Source: an uncultured bacterium
GTDB lineage: Bacteria > Cyanobacteriota > Vampirovibrionia > Gastranaerophilales > Gastranaerophilaceae
Reading direction: 5' to 3'
DNA length: 64,000 bases
Assembly: GCA_902475545.1 (NCBI GenBank)
Contig: CABRZP010000003.1
Location: 72,422-136,421 of the forward strand
Shown here: positions 9,700 to 18,736 of the stretch, in pieces
How the letters are laid out: each line of letters opens with the position of its first letter
How positions within the stretch are numbered: position 1 is the stretch's first letter
The notes under the pieces: model-generated
Seen by the model: the letters and a program-made list of their open reading frames with translations, nothing else
The model's database searches: none
What the model was told of the DNA's origin: nothing
Translations under genes and position numbers: made by a program

Positions 9700-9930
9700 A
9701 TGGAAACTTTATTATATTATTCTCCGGTAATAATAGTTGTTTTGGTCTTTTTAATCCAGCAAAGGATTGTAGTTACACCGGAACAACTGGAAAGAAAGCA
9801 TCGCGAGATACTAACAGATATAGAAAAACGTTTTGTAACAATAAACAGTTATGAAGATTTAAAGTCTCAATTTACCGAAATTAAAGATAAAATAGATAAA
9901 ATTTATGATTGTTTAATAATTTCAAAATAA
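9700..9930 (+). CDS. Small membrane protein (holin or i-spanin-like candidate)
   Basis: 76 aa. N-terminal TM segment YYSPVIIVVLVFLI followed by a charged, coiled-coil-like tail. Confidence 0.45.
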   Translation: METLLYYSPVIIVVLVFLIQQRIVVTPEQLERKHREILTDIEKRFVTINSYEDLKSQFTEIKDKIDKIYDCLIISK

Positions 9931-9934
9931 CTTA

Positions 9935-12900
9935 TTATGCGAAGTAGATATGACCTTTTTTCTTTTGCCTATCATAGTCTCTGCCAAAAGGTAAGGTTAC
10001 GCTGTGTCCATCACCTTTATCATATATATAAGGATGTGCTGTTTCGTCACCTTCAATAGCGTTCTCAAGAGTAATCATACCACTATCAGGTTTCACTTGA
10101 GCAATTGCAGGATTAGGATTTGCAGAAGGTGCTGTTTTCATGCTCTGTATATGCTTTGCATAGTGAGCATCTGTTCCAGGAATTTCTTCAGCCAATGCGG
10201 GATAATTAGCTAAAATATCACTTTGATATTCAGCTGTAAGCAGAGCATACAGACCTTTAAGATTGCGAGGTTCTTCTCCGCCTTTTAACTGTAATTCAAT
10301 AATTTTTGCCAAAGCTTCAGAATTATTTTTGATTAAATTGATATCCTGAATTTGACCTTTCATATACAAGTCAATAATATCAGAAGAATCCATAAATCTA
10401 ATCAATTCGCTGTTTTGACTATACTTAAATAATGTTCTTATAATACCTTTATCACTTCTATGCTCATTAGCAAAAGCCATAATTGCTTCATGTGATTTTG
10501 TACTTGCAAGTTTTTCAACGAAGGAATCTTTTTTATTACCATCTAATGCCTTATAAATTGCATTTATACCATTTTTTTCGTATAAATCTTTGAAATATTC
10601 TTTAACGTCTTCTTTTAATTCTTGAGGAAGATTTTCATACTTATTTATATTAGGATCTGAATATACTTCAGTTTCTGATGTTAATTCGGCAATAATATCC
10701 TCAAATCTATCCTCAAGTTTTTGAGCTTGTTGTTCTTCATATTCTTGAATACTTTCAGCTTGAGTTTCCATGAATTCCTCAATTTTATCCATCAAAACTT
10801 GAGCTTCATCTTTTAATTTTTGAGTTTCTTCAGGTGAAATAGACTGAAGAGTTTTTGATGTTACTTCGGCTGAACCTGATGCTTCATCATTGATAGCAGA
10901 AGGATTATTTGAAATATGAGTTTTGCTTGCTGATACTGAAACAGTTGAAGAACTACTTGCAGAAGCATAAACTGTTCTATTATTAGATGCAGCAGTTTGA
11001 CCGGTTACAGAATTTTTAGCAGCTTGATTTGTTGTATATATAGCAGTCTGATTTACAGCAGAAGCCTGAGATTGCTTAGATGAAGCAGGTGAAGCTCCTG
11101 ATGGTTGAGAAGCATTATTACTACCTGTATTATTCGCAGCTGATGGTGTAGATGTTGTACCTGTACCATTTGCAGAATTTGAATTAGCAGCTACATTTGA
11201 ACCGGCATTTGAACCTGAATTTGAATTTGAGCTTTCAATAGGTTTGCCGTTAGAAGTATTAGTTTGAGATAATGTTGAAGATGAAATTTCACCGGTTTCA
11301 CGGGCTTGTCTTATAGCAGCCTGTTGTTCCGGCGGATAATTCTTCATAGCATTATCAACATAAGAGTCATACTGTTGTCTTGCACTCGGATCAGAAATAG
11401 ATTTAGATGCAGCAGCAAGTCCCTCAGTAACCGCAGGGTTGTCAACTGTAGATAAAGTTTTACCGTATCTTAACTGTTCTTCGGAACCAAGTCTTGCAGC
11501 ATCAGTAATTAATTCGTTTGTAAATTGAGATTTATAACTATCTGCAATATTAGAGTTATTAGCTAGTGATAAAGCAAATCTATTTGCCTTTGTCCTATCT
11601 TCTAAGTCGTTTAACCCTTGAGCTGATGCTGTCATTAAGTTTTTATGATGTTGAATGCCTTCTGTAAATTGATTCCATGCTTTATCGGATTTTGCACATG
11701 CAGGCATCATTCTGGACATTTTTTCAGCCATTTTCGGATCTTGTTTATTAACCCTGTTAGTAGCCCTAGCGGCTTGTGCACCGTTATCATGTACAATCAT
11801 TGCTGCAAAACCTGTACGGGTATAGGTTTCAGAGTTTAAAAATTCTTTAATATACTTGTCTCGAATTTTTGGATCTAAATCTTTTCTGCCATTTAATAAG
11901 GTTTCAATAAGCTCTACTTGTTCAGCATTACCCATAGCCCGAGCTGAACCAATCAAAGCAACAAATTGTTTTCTACCTTCTTTAGTCTTAAAATCTATGT
12001 TATTTATCATAGTTGTAATGTACTCTTCAGTGGACATTCCATACATTTCAGCTGCAACTTCATTAACAAGTTTTAAGTCTATATTGTCTTTTTTTAAATC
12101 TATTCCATTTTGTTCAAGTCTGGAATACATTTCTAACATGTTTTTTTCAACTGCAGATAAAGGCTGCTTATTTTGCAGGTACTTATACATATCATAACTA
12201 GTTGGATTTTCTTTATTAAGTGATATGCCAACTTCAATACTTATTTGCATTATTTCAATTGAAGTCTGGTATCTCTTTTTCATATCATCCGGAAGAGATT
12301 TTAATACTTCTCCAAAGGCTTCCAGTTTTCGGTCTGGGTCTTCAGACTGAAAAGCCTTAAGCACTTGCATTAATTTACCAGATTTTGACAAATTTGAAAC
12401 TATTTCAAGTCCATTCTTGAAAAGTTCCTCATCTCCCATATGCGTATTTTTAGCAATAGTCTCTACAGGTATTCCAATATTATTAAAAAATTCTTTTATT
12501 TTGGAATTTCTGTATTCATCTTTAGCTTTACCGGATAATTTTTCATATTCTGAATCTGCTCCCATAAGTATTGCATCCGCAAATTTATTTACTTTTTCAA
12601 CATTACTATCACCCGGAATATTTTTAATTTTTTCTAGTGTAGTATTGACAATATTTTCAACAGATGCATCAATAATTTTATTTATATTTTCTTTTTTTAG
12701 TTTTGTTAAATCTTCAATAGATTTCCCTGTTGCATGTGCATATTGTAAGATAGCTACAGCATTTAATGAACTAGTAAAATTATTTAATTTATTTTTTTCA
12801 TTATAATTAATTAGTTGTTTTAAAATTGCAACAGTATCTTTTTCATATCTTTCTTTATCTTTTTTTGATAATTCTGAATATTTTGAATCATTTGCATTCA

Positions 12901-13588
12901 AATATATTTTAGACAATTCTTTTAATTTTTGTTCAGGTTTCAATTTTGTAAAATTAGGAGACAGTAGTGTATCTACATTAAAAAGTTCTTTTTTTTGTGC
13001 AGATTTTGTCGTTGGAGGTAAATTAACAGCTTTATATTCCTGTAATATACTCTTTTCTTTATCTGTTAACTCTGTTAGTTCTTTTCCTGAAATTTCTTGA
13101 ATGTAACTTTCAACATCACCTTCATACTTAATTGATTGAAGGTATTCTGTAGTTTTTTTGTTAAATTGACGAGTTGCAGGAGTTGCAGTTTCATCTACTT
13201 CAACATCATCAGTTGCCTCAGTGTCAGAAGGAATTTGTTCAGTTTCAACTTTTTGCTCTTGTTTTAACGAAGTTGTAGTACTAGTATTATCATTTTCTTT
13301 TGTTTGTTCTGCAAGTAAAATATAATTTTTTATATCTTTATCAGTCGCATTTTTTAAAGACGGATTATTTTGTCTTAACCATTCTATTTTTTCAGACTCA
13401 TTTTTCAAACCTTTATATTCTTTAGAGTTGATTGAAGCTAAAATATCCTTATCAGTTTCAGTTTTATCACCATTTTTATAGTTAAAATCAATTGGCTTTT
13501 TATTTGTACGTGCAGTAGTATCGGTAGATGTTGTCACCGGGGTTGATACTGTATTAGTTTGTTTTAGTTTATCTACATTTAAAGCCAT
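9935..13588 (-). CDS. Giant hypothetical protein (1217 aa; helical repeats plus an S/T/N/A-rich low-complexity linker)
   Basis: Long uninterrupted ORF. The low-complexity tract (SNSNSGSNAGSNVAANSNSANGTGTTS...) separates two large helical-looking regions. No catalytic motif recognised. Confidence 0.7.
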   Translation of the reverse strand: MALNVDKLKQTNTVSTPVTTSTDTTARTNKKPIDFNYKNGDKTETDKDILASINSKEYKGLKNESEKIEWLRQNNPSLKNATDKDIKNYILLAEQTKENDNTSTTTSLKQEQKVETEQIPSDTEATDDVEVDETATPATRQFNKKTTEYLQSIKYEGDVESYIQEISGKELTELTDKEKSILQEYKAVNLPPTTKSAQKKELFNVDTLLSPNFTKLKPEQKLKELSKIYLNANDSKYSELSKKDKERYEKDTVAILKQLINYNEKNKLNNFTSSLNAVAILQYAHATGKSIEDLTKLKKENINKIIDASVENIVNTTLEKIKNIPGDSNVEKVNKFADAILMGADSEYEKLSGKAKDEYRNSKIKEFFNNIGIPVETIAKNTHMGDEELFKNGLEIVSNLSKSGKLMQVLKAFQSEDPDRKLEAFGEVLKSLPDDMKKRYQTSIEIMQISIEVGISLNKENPTSYDMYKYLQNKQPLSAVEKNMLEMYSRLEQNGIDLKKDNIDLKLVNEVAAEMYGMSTEEYITTMINNIDFKTKEGRKQFVALIGSARAMGNAEQVELIETLLNGRKDLDPKIRDKYIKEFLNSETYTRTGFAAMIVHDNGAQAARATNRVNKQDPKMAEKMSRMMPACAKSDKAWNQFTEGIQHHKNLMTASAQGLNDLEDRTKANRFALSLANNSNIADSYKSQFTNELITDAARLGSEEQLRYGKTLSTVDNPAVTEGLAAASKSISDPSARQQYDSYVDNAMKNYPPEQQAAIRQARETGEISSSTLSQTNTSNGKPIESSNSNSGSNAGSNVAANSNSANGTGTTSTPSAANNTGSNNASQPSGASPASSKQSQASAVNQTAIYTTNQAAKNSVTGQTAASNNRTVYASASSSSTVSVSASKTHISNNPSAINDEASGSAEVTSKTLQSISPEETQKLKDEAQVLMDKIEEFMETQAESIQEYEEQQAQKLEDRFEDIIAELTSETEVYSDPNINKYENLPQELKEDVKEYFKDLYEKNGINAIYKALDGNKKDSFVEKLASTKSHEAIMAFANEHRSDKGIIRTLFKYSQNSELIRFMDSSDIIDLYMKGQIQDINLIKNNSEALAKIIELQLKGGEEPRNLKGLYALLTAEYQSDILANYPALAEEIPGTDAHYAKHIQSMKTAPSANPNPAIAQVKPDSGMITLENAIEGDETAHPYIYDKGDGHSVTLPFGRDYDRQKKKGHIYFA

Positions 13589-13674
13589 AATTATCTTTTC
13601 TAATATTAGTTACTATTATATGTAAAAATTTCAATTACCTGTTTTTTCGGTAATGTCAGATACTTTTACAATTC

Positions 13675-14403
13675 TTAATATATTTTAGTTTTCCTAACAT
13701 TTGGAGATGATGTTTCTACCATTTCTAATCCTGCTGAATTTTTGTATTTTGAATCACCTGCAATTAAATCAATTAGTAAATTCGCAGTATCATCATCAAT
13801 ACGTGTTTCATAAGTTACTTTACTATAGGTACCATCTTCATTTGGCGTAGAAGCTTCTATTGCCAGTCCACAAAAATCTTTATTGGGATCTCCTAAGTTA
13901 TGATAAATCAAAGATTTTACTTCTGGTGGCTGAACATAGTTAACTTTATGTTTATAACCATCTTGTATAAAATAAATATTTTCAACCTCATTATTATCAG
14001 CTTTTCCTAAACTTGCATATACCAGATTATATCTTTTTCCATTTGCAATAACCGGTAAAGACATTTTCATTCTCCTCGGTGCTAAATATGCAGAATAATA
14101 AGGCAATTTATGGAATACATCTTGAAAGCGTGGAGCAGTAGTGCTACTTGATGCTTGTCCTACAGAGGATACCATTTCTACCTTTGTTTCACTTTCTGTT
14201 GGTTGTGCCGCAGCTGGTTGACTTGCATTTATTGCACTTGTTGCTAATGCCAAAAGCAATGCTGCTGGAACGGTTACCATTCCACTTGCTTTTTGTGAGT
14301 TATAATTATTTTCTTTATTTTCTGATTCTTTATTTCCTCGACGTCCAAAATTTACTGCTGTGCTATTATTAAACCTAACACTACTAACCGGTAATACTGC
14401 CAT
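13675..14403 (-). CDS. Hypothetical membrane-anchored protein with an N-terminal VSSVRF motif
   Basis: 242 aa. N-terminus MAVLPVSSVRFNN, a charged linker, then TM VPAALLLALATSAINA. RBS GGAG. Confidence 0.65.
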   Translation of the reverse strand: MAVLPVSSVRFNNSTAVNFGRRGNKESENKENNYNSQKASGMVTVPAALLLALATSAINASQPAAAQPTESETKVEMVSSVGQASSSTTAPRFQDVFHKLPYYSAYLAPRRMKMSLPVIANGKRYNLVYASLGKADNNEVENIYFIQDGYKHKVNYVQPPEVKSLIYHNLGDPNKDFCGLAIEASTPNEDGTYSKVTYETRIDDDTANLLIDLIAGDSKYKNSAGLEMVETSSPNVRKTKIY

Positions 14404-14590
14404 ACTAACTCCTATTCTATTGTATCTTGGATTAACCCCTTAATCCACTTTCCTTCATTAACCTTACACCAATTATAGCAACCGTTTTGCTTTTTGTAAA
14501 GTTTTATCATTATATTAGTGTAGGCTTTTGGGTTGTTATCTAATTTCTAAAACAAGAAAACAAAAATTTTTGTTACTTTGTTAACAATTT

Positions 14591-15733
14591 TTAATCTTTA
14601 TCTGTATGTGAAATTATTCCTGATGAGGTATTGTTATCAATATCAATTACATGCTTGATTATTGTATGTGCCATTAAAAGCAAATAAGGATTTATTTCTG
14701 TAGTTTGTGACATGTTTATATTTGCAGAAGGTTTGTCAGTTTTTGGTTTAGTATTATTTATACTAAAAGATGTTACGGTATCTACTGTATAATGTTTTTT
14801 ATCACCATCAATTCTTAATTCTAATTCTGATTTTGGAAACTTTTCACTGCATTCAATTGCTATTTGCACAGAATTAGAGGTTTCTAAAAATATTGTTGCA
14901 ATTACTGTTCCATAATTTACCGTTGTAATTGTAACAGTTATTACGCTGTCACTTTCTTGATAACTATTTTCTTTTGTTTCAATTTCTAAATCAAATCCTA
15001 CTCCATCTTCAAGCGGCAGCCATGGAAGGTATAACATTAAAAGAAGTTTTAATGTTTTTTGCGGATTGTTTTCTGCGGCAACAGAAATACTTGCGTTAAT
15101 TAGCTTAGCCATTTCCTTCATTTGGGTTAAATCTGTAACTCCGGCTTTAGATGCTTCTGTCATATTCATTATGAGTTTTGTAAGAGCTTCTTTTCCGTTT
15201 TTTTGTAACAAAAGAGAGACATCCGCAAGATTTATCATTCCATTTGAAAGAATTTTTAAATCTTTGAGAGATGATTGAAGTTGTGATGCAAGTTGGACAT
15301 TGACCATCTCTTTTGATGTCGAAAATTCTAAACCCTGAAGTTGTGCAAGAATTTGTGCTTGCATTTGCGATAACGTGTTTCTTTGTGCTGCTAACTGGTT
15401 TGCAAACATCCGGTTAAATTGTGCCTGATTCATTCCTCGTTGAAGCATATAAATCAACTCATTCATGTTTTTAGGCACTTGCAATAAATCTTTTGCATAA
15501 ATTGCTCTGTCCATACTTTGGAGAGTATTTAATTGCAAATTTTGCTGAAGCTGTGAGGTTGTGTTACCTGATGCGATTTGTTGAGTATTATTTGCAATGA
15601 TTTCGGCAGATTTTGGAATTTCAACAGAAGATTGAGTTGGAGCGTTAATTTTAGCTTGGGCAGCCAACATTCTTTGATGGGCACTATTTTGCCCAAAATT
15701 ATTCAAAAATCTTCTGATATCTATGCCTGACAT
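14591..15733 (-). CDS. Hypothetical Q/N-rich protein (weak FliK-like C-terminal resemblance)
   Basis: 380 aa. Q-rich N-terminal half. LPLEDGVGFDLEIETKE...VITVTITTVNYGTVIATIFLE vaguely resembles the hook-length-control C-terminal fold pattern. Confidence 0.55.
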   Translation of the reverse strand: MSGIDIRRFLNNFGQNSAHQRMLAAQAKINAPTQSSVEIPKSAEIIANNTQQIASGNTTSQLQQNLQLNTLQSMDRAIYAKDLLQVPKNMNELIYMLQRGMNQAQFNRMFANQLAAQRNTLSQMQAQILAQLQGLEFSTSKEMVNVQLASQLQSSLKDLKILSNGMINLADVSLLLQKNGKEALTKLIMNMTEASKAGVTDLTQMKEMAKLINASISVAAENNPQKTLKLLLMLYLPWLPLEDGVGFDLEIETKENSYQESDSVITVTITTVNYGTVIATIFLETSNSVQIAIECSEKFPKSELELRIDGDKKHYTVDTVTSFSINNTKPKTDKPSANINMSQTTEINPYLLLMAHTIIKHVIDIDNNTSSGIISHTDKD

Positions 15734-15779
15734 ACAACTAATTTAACTGATTTTTTTAATAAAATCAATATTTATAACT

Positions 15780-16760
15780 TTAGCCTTCAATTGGCATGTA
15801 TGATTGAGGATAGTTGTAATCTTCAAGAAATCCTAAGTTTTTATACAATCTCAATGCCTGTAAATTATTAGTTTCTGTAGTTGTATTTATTTCGGAAATA
15901 GCACTATTGTAACTGTCAATTTCTTCAAAAATAACATCCATTGAGTGTTTTAGCATAATTGTTGATAAACCTTTACTCTGATGTTCTTGTTTAATCCCTA
16001 CTAACGGAATATTAACAATAGTTCCGCCTGTAAGGTTCATAAAACAAAAACCAACAGGTTCATCGTTATATAGCAATATGCTTGTTGCTTTTGGCATAAA
16101 TTCAGCATAAACATCTTTAACAATTTTTGTAATAATATCTCTTGTGCCTTCAATAGACTTAAATCTCGGATCAAATAAGGCATCAGAGCTGTCATTGAAT
16201 GATTCTTGAATTACATTTACAGCAGCTTCAAAATATTTGTCATTCCAAGAGACAACTCTGTAATCTTCAGGAAGTTTTACTACTCGGGCTCTTGAAAATA
16301 GTTCTCTTGACGGAGTTCCTTTCATTAGAAATCTCAACACTTCAATTCCAACAAATTTAAAACCAAGTTTTGCAATTACACTAATTAGAGATTTTTGTTC
16401 TCCTAACATTGGGTAGCAAACAATCTTTTCTCTTCTTAAATTTTGGGTTATGTCGATAAATTTTGTTAATAAATCTTTTGCACAATCCAGTAAAATATCT
16501 TTATTTTTGGTATGTATAATATTTAGTTCAATGGCTTCAGATATTGCGGTTGTGTATACCAAAAATCCAACAATATTTTCTTCTTCATCCTGAGCTATAA
16601 CACATTTTATCAAATCCTTATCTATAGCCTCAAGAAATCCGTCATAATCAAGAGGTTCTAATTCAAAGTTATATTCGGTTTTAGCTTTATTCTTGAAATC
16701 TTCGTACAGATTTCTAAGTTTATCATAATTACTTGCAGTTAAAATTCGTGTATTATACAT
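15780..16760 (-). CDS. GNAT family acetyltransferase with two GNAT-like halves
   Basis: 326 aa. C-terminal half has VGIKQEHQSKGLSTIMLKHSM...ALRLYKNLGF (acetyl-CoA binding-like). The N-terminal half has a similar beta-alpha layout. Confidence 0.65.
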   Translation of the reverse strand: MYNTRILTASNYDKLRNLYEDFKNKAKTEYNFELEPLDYDGFLEAIDKDLIKCVIAQDEEENIVGFLVYTTAISEAIELNIIHTKNKDILLDCAKDLLTKFIDITQNLRREKIVCYPMLGEQKSLISVIAKLGFKFVGIEVLRFLMKGTPSRELFSRARVVKLPEDYRVVSWNDKYFEAAVNVIQESFNDSSDALFDPRFKSIEGTRDIITKIVKDVYAEFMPKATSILLYNDEPVGFCFMNLTGGTIVNIPLVGIKQEHQSKGLSTIMLKHSMDVIFEEIDSYNSAISEINTTTETNNLQALRLYKNLGFLEDYNYPQSYMPIEG

Positions 16761-16769
16761 GATTGCTCC

Positions 16770-17984
16770 TTATAAAAAGTGATGCATTTTTTCTTTTTTT
16801 GTATCTAAATATCTTTGATTGTAAGGTGTAATTTCAGATGATAATTTCACAATATCATTAACTTTCAGTCCGTAACCTTCCAATCCGATAATTTTTTTAG
16901 GATTATTTGTCATTAAATTGAAGTTTGTATATCCCAAATCGACAAGAATTTGAGCTCCAGTGCCATAATCTCTTAAATCTGATTTGAATCCTAGTGAAAG
17001 ATTTGCTTCAATAGTATCCTGCCCTTCTTCCTGAAGTTTGTAAGCTTTGATTTTATTACACAAACCAATTCCTCTGCCTTCGTGATCTGTAAGATATACA
17101 ACCGCACCTTTTCCGTATTCGTTTAAATACTTAAGTGCGTTAAACAATTGAGAATTACAGTCACATTTCAAAGAATGAAAAACATCGCCTGTTAAACACA
17201 TACTATGAACTCTTACAGCCGGAATTTTGTCAGAACCGTCGTCTTTAACAAGTGCAACATGTTCAGTTCCATTAATTTGGTTTTTGTATGCATACAGTTT
17301 AAATTCACCATAAGGTGTTGGCAGCATTGTTTCAGCTTCACGGGTTACAAGTTTTTCAGATTTGAGTCTATAGGCAATTAATTCCGCAACAGAAATAAAT
17401 TTCATGTTATGTTCGTCAGCAAATTGTCTTAAATAATCTCTTCTTCCCATGTGCCCGTCAGGAGCCATAACTTCACACATTACACCTGCCGGTCTGTGTC
17501 CGCAGAGTTTTGCTAAATCAACGACAGCTTCGGTATGTCCTGTACGTTCTAATACTCCGCCCTTTCTGGCAACGCAAGGGAATAAGTGTCCCGGACGTCT
17601 CAGGTCTGATGGTTGAGCATCTCGTGCAGTTGCAACTTCAACGGTTTTTGCTCTGTCATAAGCTGAAATTCCTGTTGTTACACCATATTTTTCTGCTGCG
17701 TCGATACTTACAGTAAATGCTGTTTTCATACCTTCACTATTTTGGTCTACCATTTGAGGCAAATCCAATTGTTCTGCGATTTCACTTGATATTGCAAGAC
17801 ATATTAACCCTTTGACTTCAGATGCCAGAAAATTTATTAATTCAGGTGTAACTTTTTCTGCTGAAATTATTACGTCACCTTCGTTTTCTCTATCTTCATC
17901 ATCTGCCACAATAATAGGTTTTCCTTGTGCAAAATCTTGCAAAGCGTCTTCTATACTATCAAATTTAAATTGTCTATCTTCCAT
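16770..17984 (-). CDS. ribBA: Bifunctional 3,4-dihydroxy-2-butanone-4-phosphate synthase / GTP cyclohydrolase II
   Basis: DDEDRENEGD, TGHTEA and HSMCLTGDVFHSLKCDCNSQL...HEGRGIGL are canonical RibB and RibA motifs. Confidence 0.95.
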   Translation of the reverse strand: MEDRQFKFDSIEDALQDFAQGKPIIVADDEDRENEGDVIISAEKVTPELINFLASEVKGLICLAISSEIAEQLDLPQMVDQNSEGMKTAFTVSIDAAEKYGVTTGISAYDRAKTVEVATARDAQPSDLRRPGHLFPCVARKGGVLERTGHTEAVVDLAKLCGHRPAGVMCEVMAPDGHMGRRDYLRQFADEHNMKFISVAELIAYRLKSEKLVTREAETMLPTPYGEFKLYAYKNQINGTEHVALVKDDGSDKIPAVRVHSMCLTGDVFHSLKCDCNSQLFNALKYLNEYGKGAVVYLTDHEGRGIGLCNKIKAYKLQEEGQDTIEANLSLGFKSDLRDYGTGAQILVDLGYTNFNLMTNNPKKIIGLEGYGLKVNDIVKLSSEITPYNQRYLDTKKEKMHHFL

Positions 17985-18628
17985 TATACAAATCCATTCT
18001 CTTGTAAAAAACTCATACTAAGTTGGCTTTCTTTATTATCATTCGCAGATAAAAATTTTTCAACATATTTGCCTAAAATATCAGTTTCTATATTTACAAA
18101 ATCCCCAATTTTTAGAATTTTTAGGTTAGTATTTTCAAATGTATGAGGAATAACCGCAACCTCAAATATATTATTGTAAGTTTTTGCTATAGTTAAACTT
18201 ATACCGTTTACAGTTATTGAACCTTTATGAACAATATATTTCTGCTGATTTTCAGGTAGTTCAAATGTAAGATTGTAAAAATCAGTTAATTGTTCTTTAG
18301 CAATAAGTTTTCCTTTGCAATCTACATGACCAGAAACAATATGTCCACCAAGACGTGAAGTTGGAGTTAATGCTCTTTCCAAATTTACATAATCATCTTT
18401 TTTTAAATTTAAAAATGTAGTAACAGAAAGAGTTTCATCACTTACTCTTGCAGTAAAGCTATCATTTGTACGTTCAGTAACAGTATCACAAACTCCGTTA
18501 ATTGAAATACTATCACCTATATTAGTTCCATCAAGAACTGTATTACAGCTCACAACAATAGTTGCCCCATTTGATGTTTTAGAAAATGATTTAACTTTCC
18601 CGATTTCTTCAATGATACCCGTAAACAT
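17984..18628 (-). CDS. ribE: Riboflavin synthase alpha chain
   Basis: MFTGIIEEIGKV start and the duplicated lumazine-binding repeat (SISINGVCDTV / SITVNGISLTI). Confidence 0.93.
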   Translation of the reverse strand: MFTGIIEEIGKVKSFSKTSNGATIVVSCNTVLDGTNIGDSISINGVCDTVTERTNDSFTARVSDETLSVTTFLNLKKDDYVNLERALTPTSRLGGHIVSGHVDCKGKLIAKEQLTDFYNLTFELPENQQKYIVHKGSITVNGISLTIAKTYNNIFEVAVIPHTFENTNLKILKIGDFVNIETDILGKYVEKFLSANDNKESQLSMSFLQENGFV

Positions 18629-18736
18629 AAATATAGCTTATCATATTTTTATTTTAATTGATACAAAAATGACGAAACTTTTACATAAATAATATTATCC
18701 ACAGGATAATCAAAGAAAGGTTCGGAAACGTAGTTT

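Larger units (their letters stand above)
241..9930 (+). mobile_element. Phage-derived lysis, head-morphogenesis and DNA-packaging gene block (prophage fragment or capsid-forming island; left end may lie outside the window)
   Basis: Co-directional, tightly packed genes: amidase, P22 gp10-like protein, coat, scaffold-like protein, TerS, portal, TerL with a Walker A motif. Several stop/start overlaps. Confidence 0.75.

Noticed and set aside
10004-12806. Plus-strand ORFs antisense to the 1217-aa gene. The same applies to short antisense ORFs inside groEL, tyrS, cysE, the portal gene, terL, the STAND gene, the histidine kinase gene and others.
   Set aside because: All are fully nested in much longer, better-supported genes on the other strand. 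They lack RBSs and have skewed composition.
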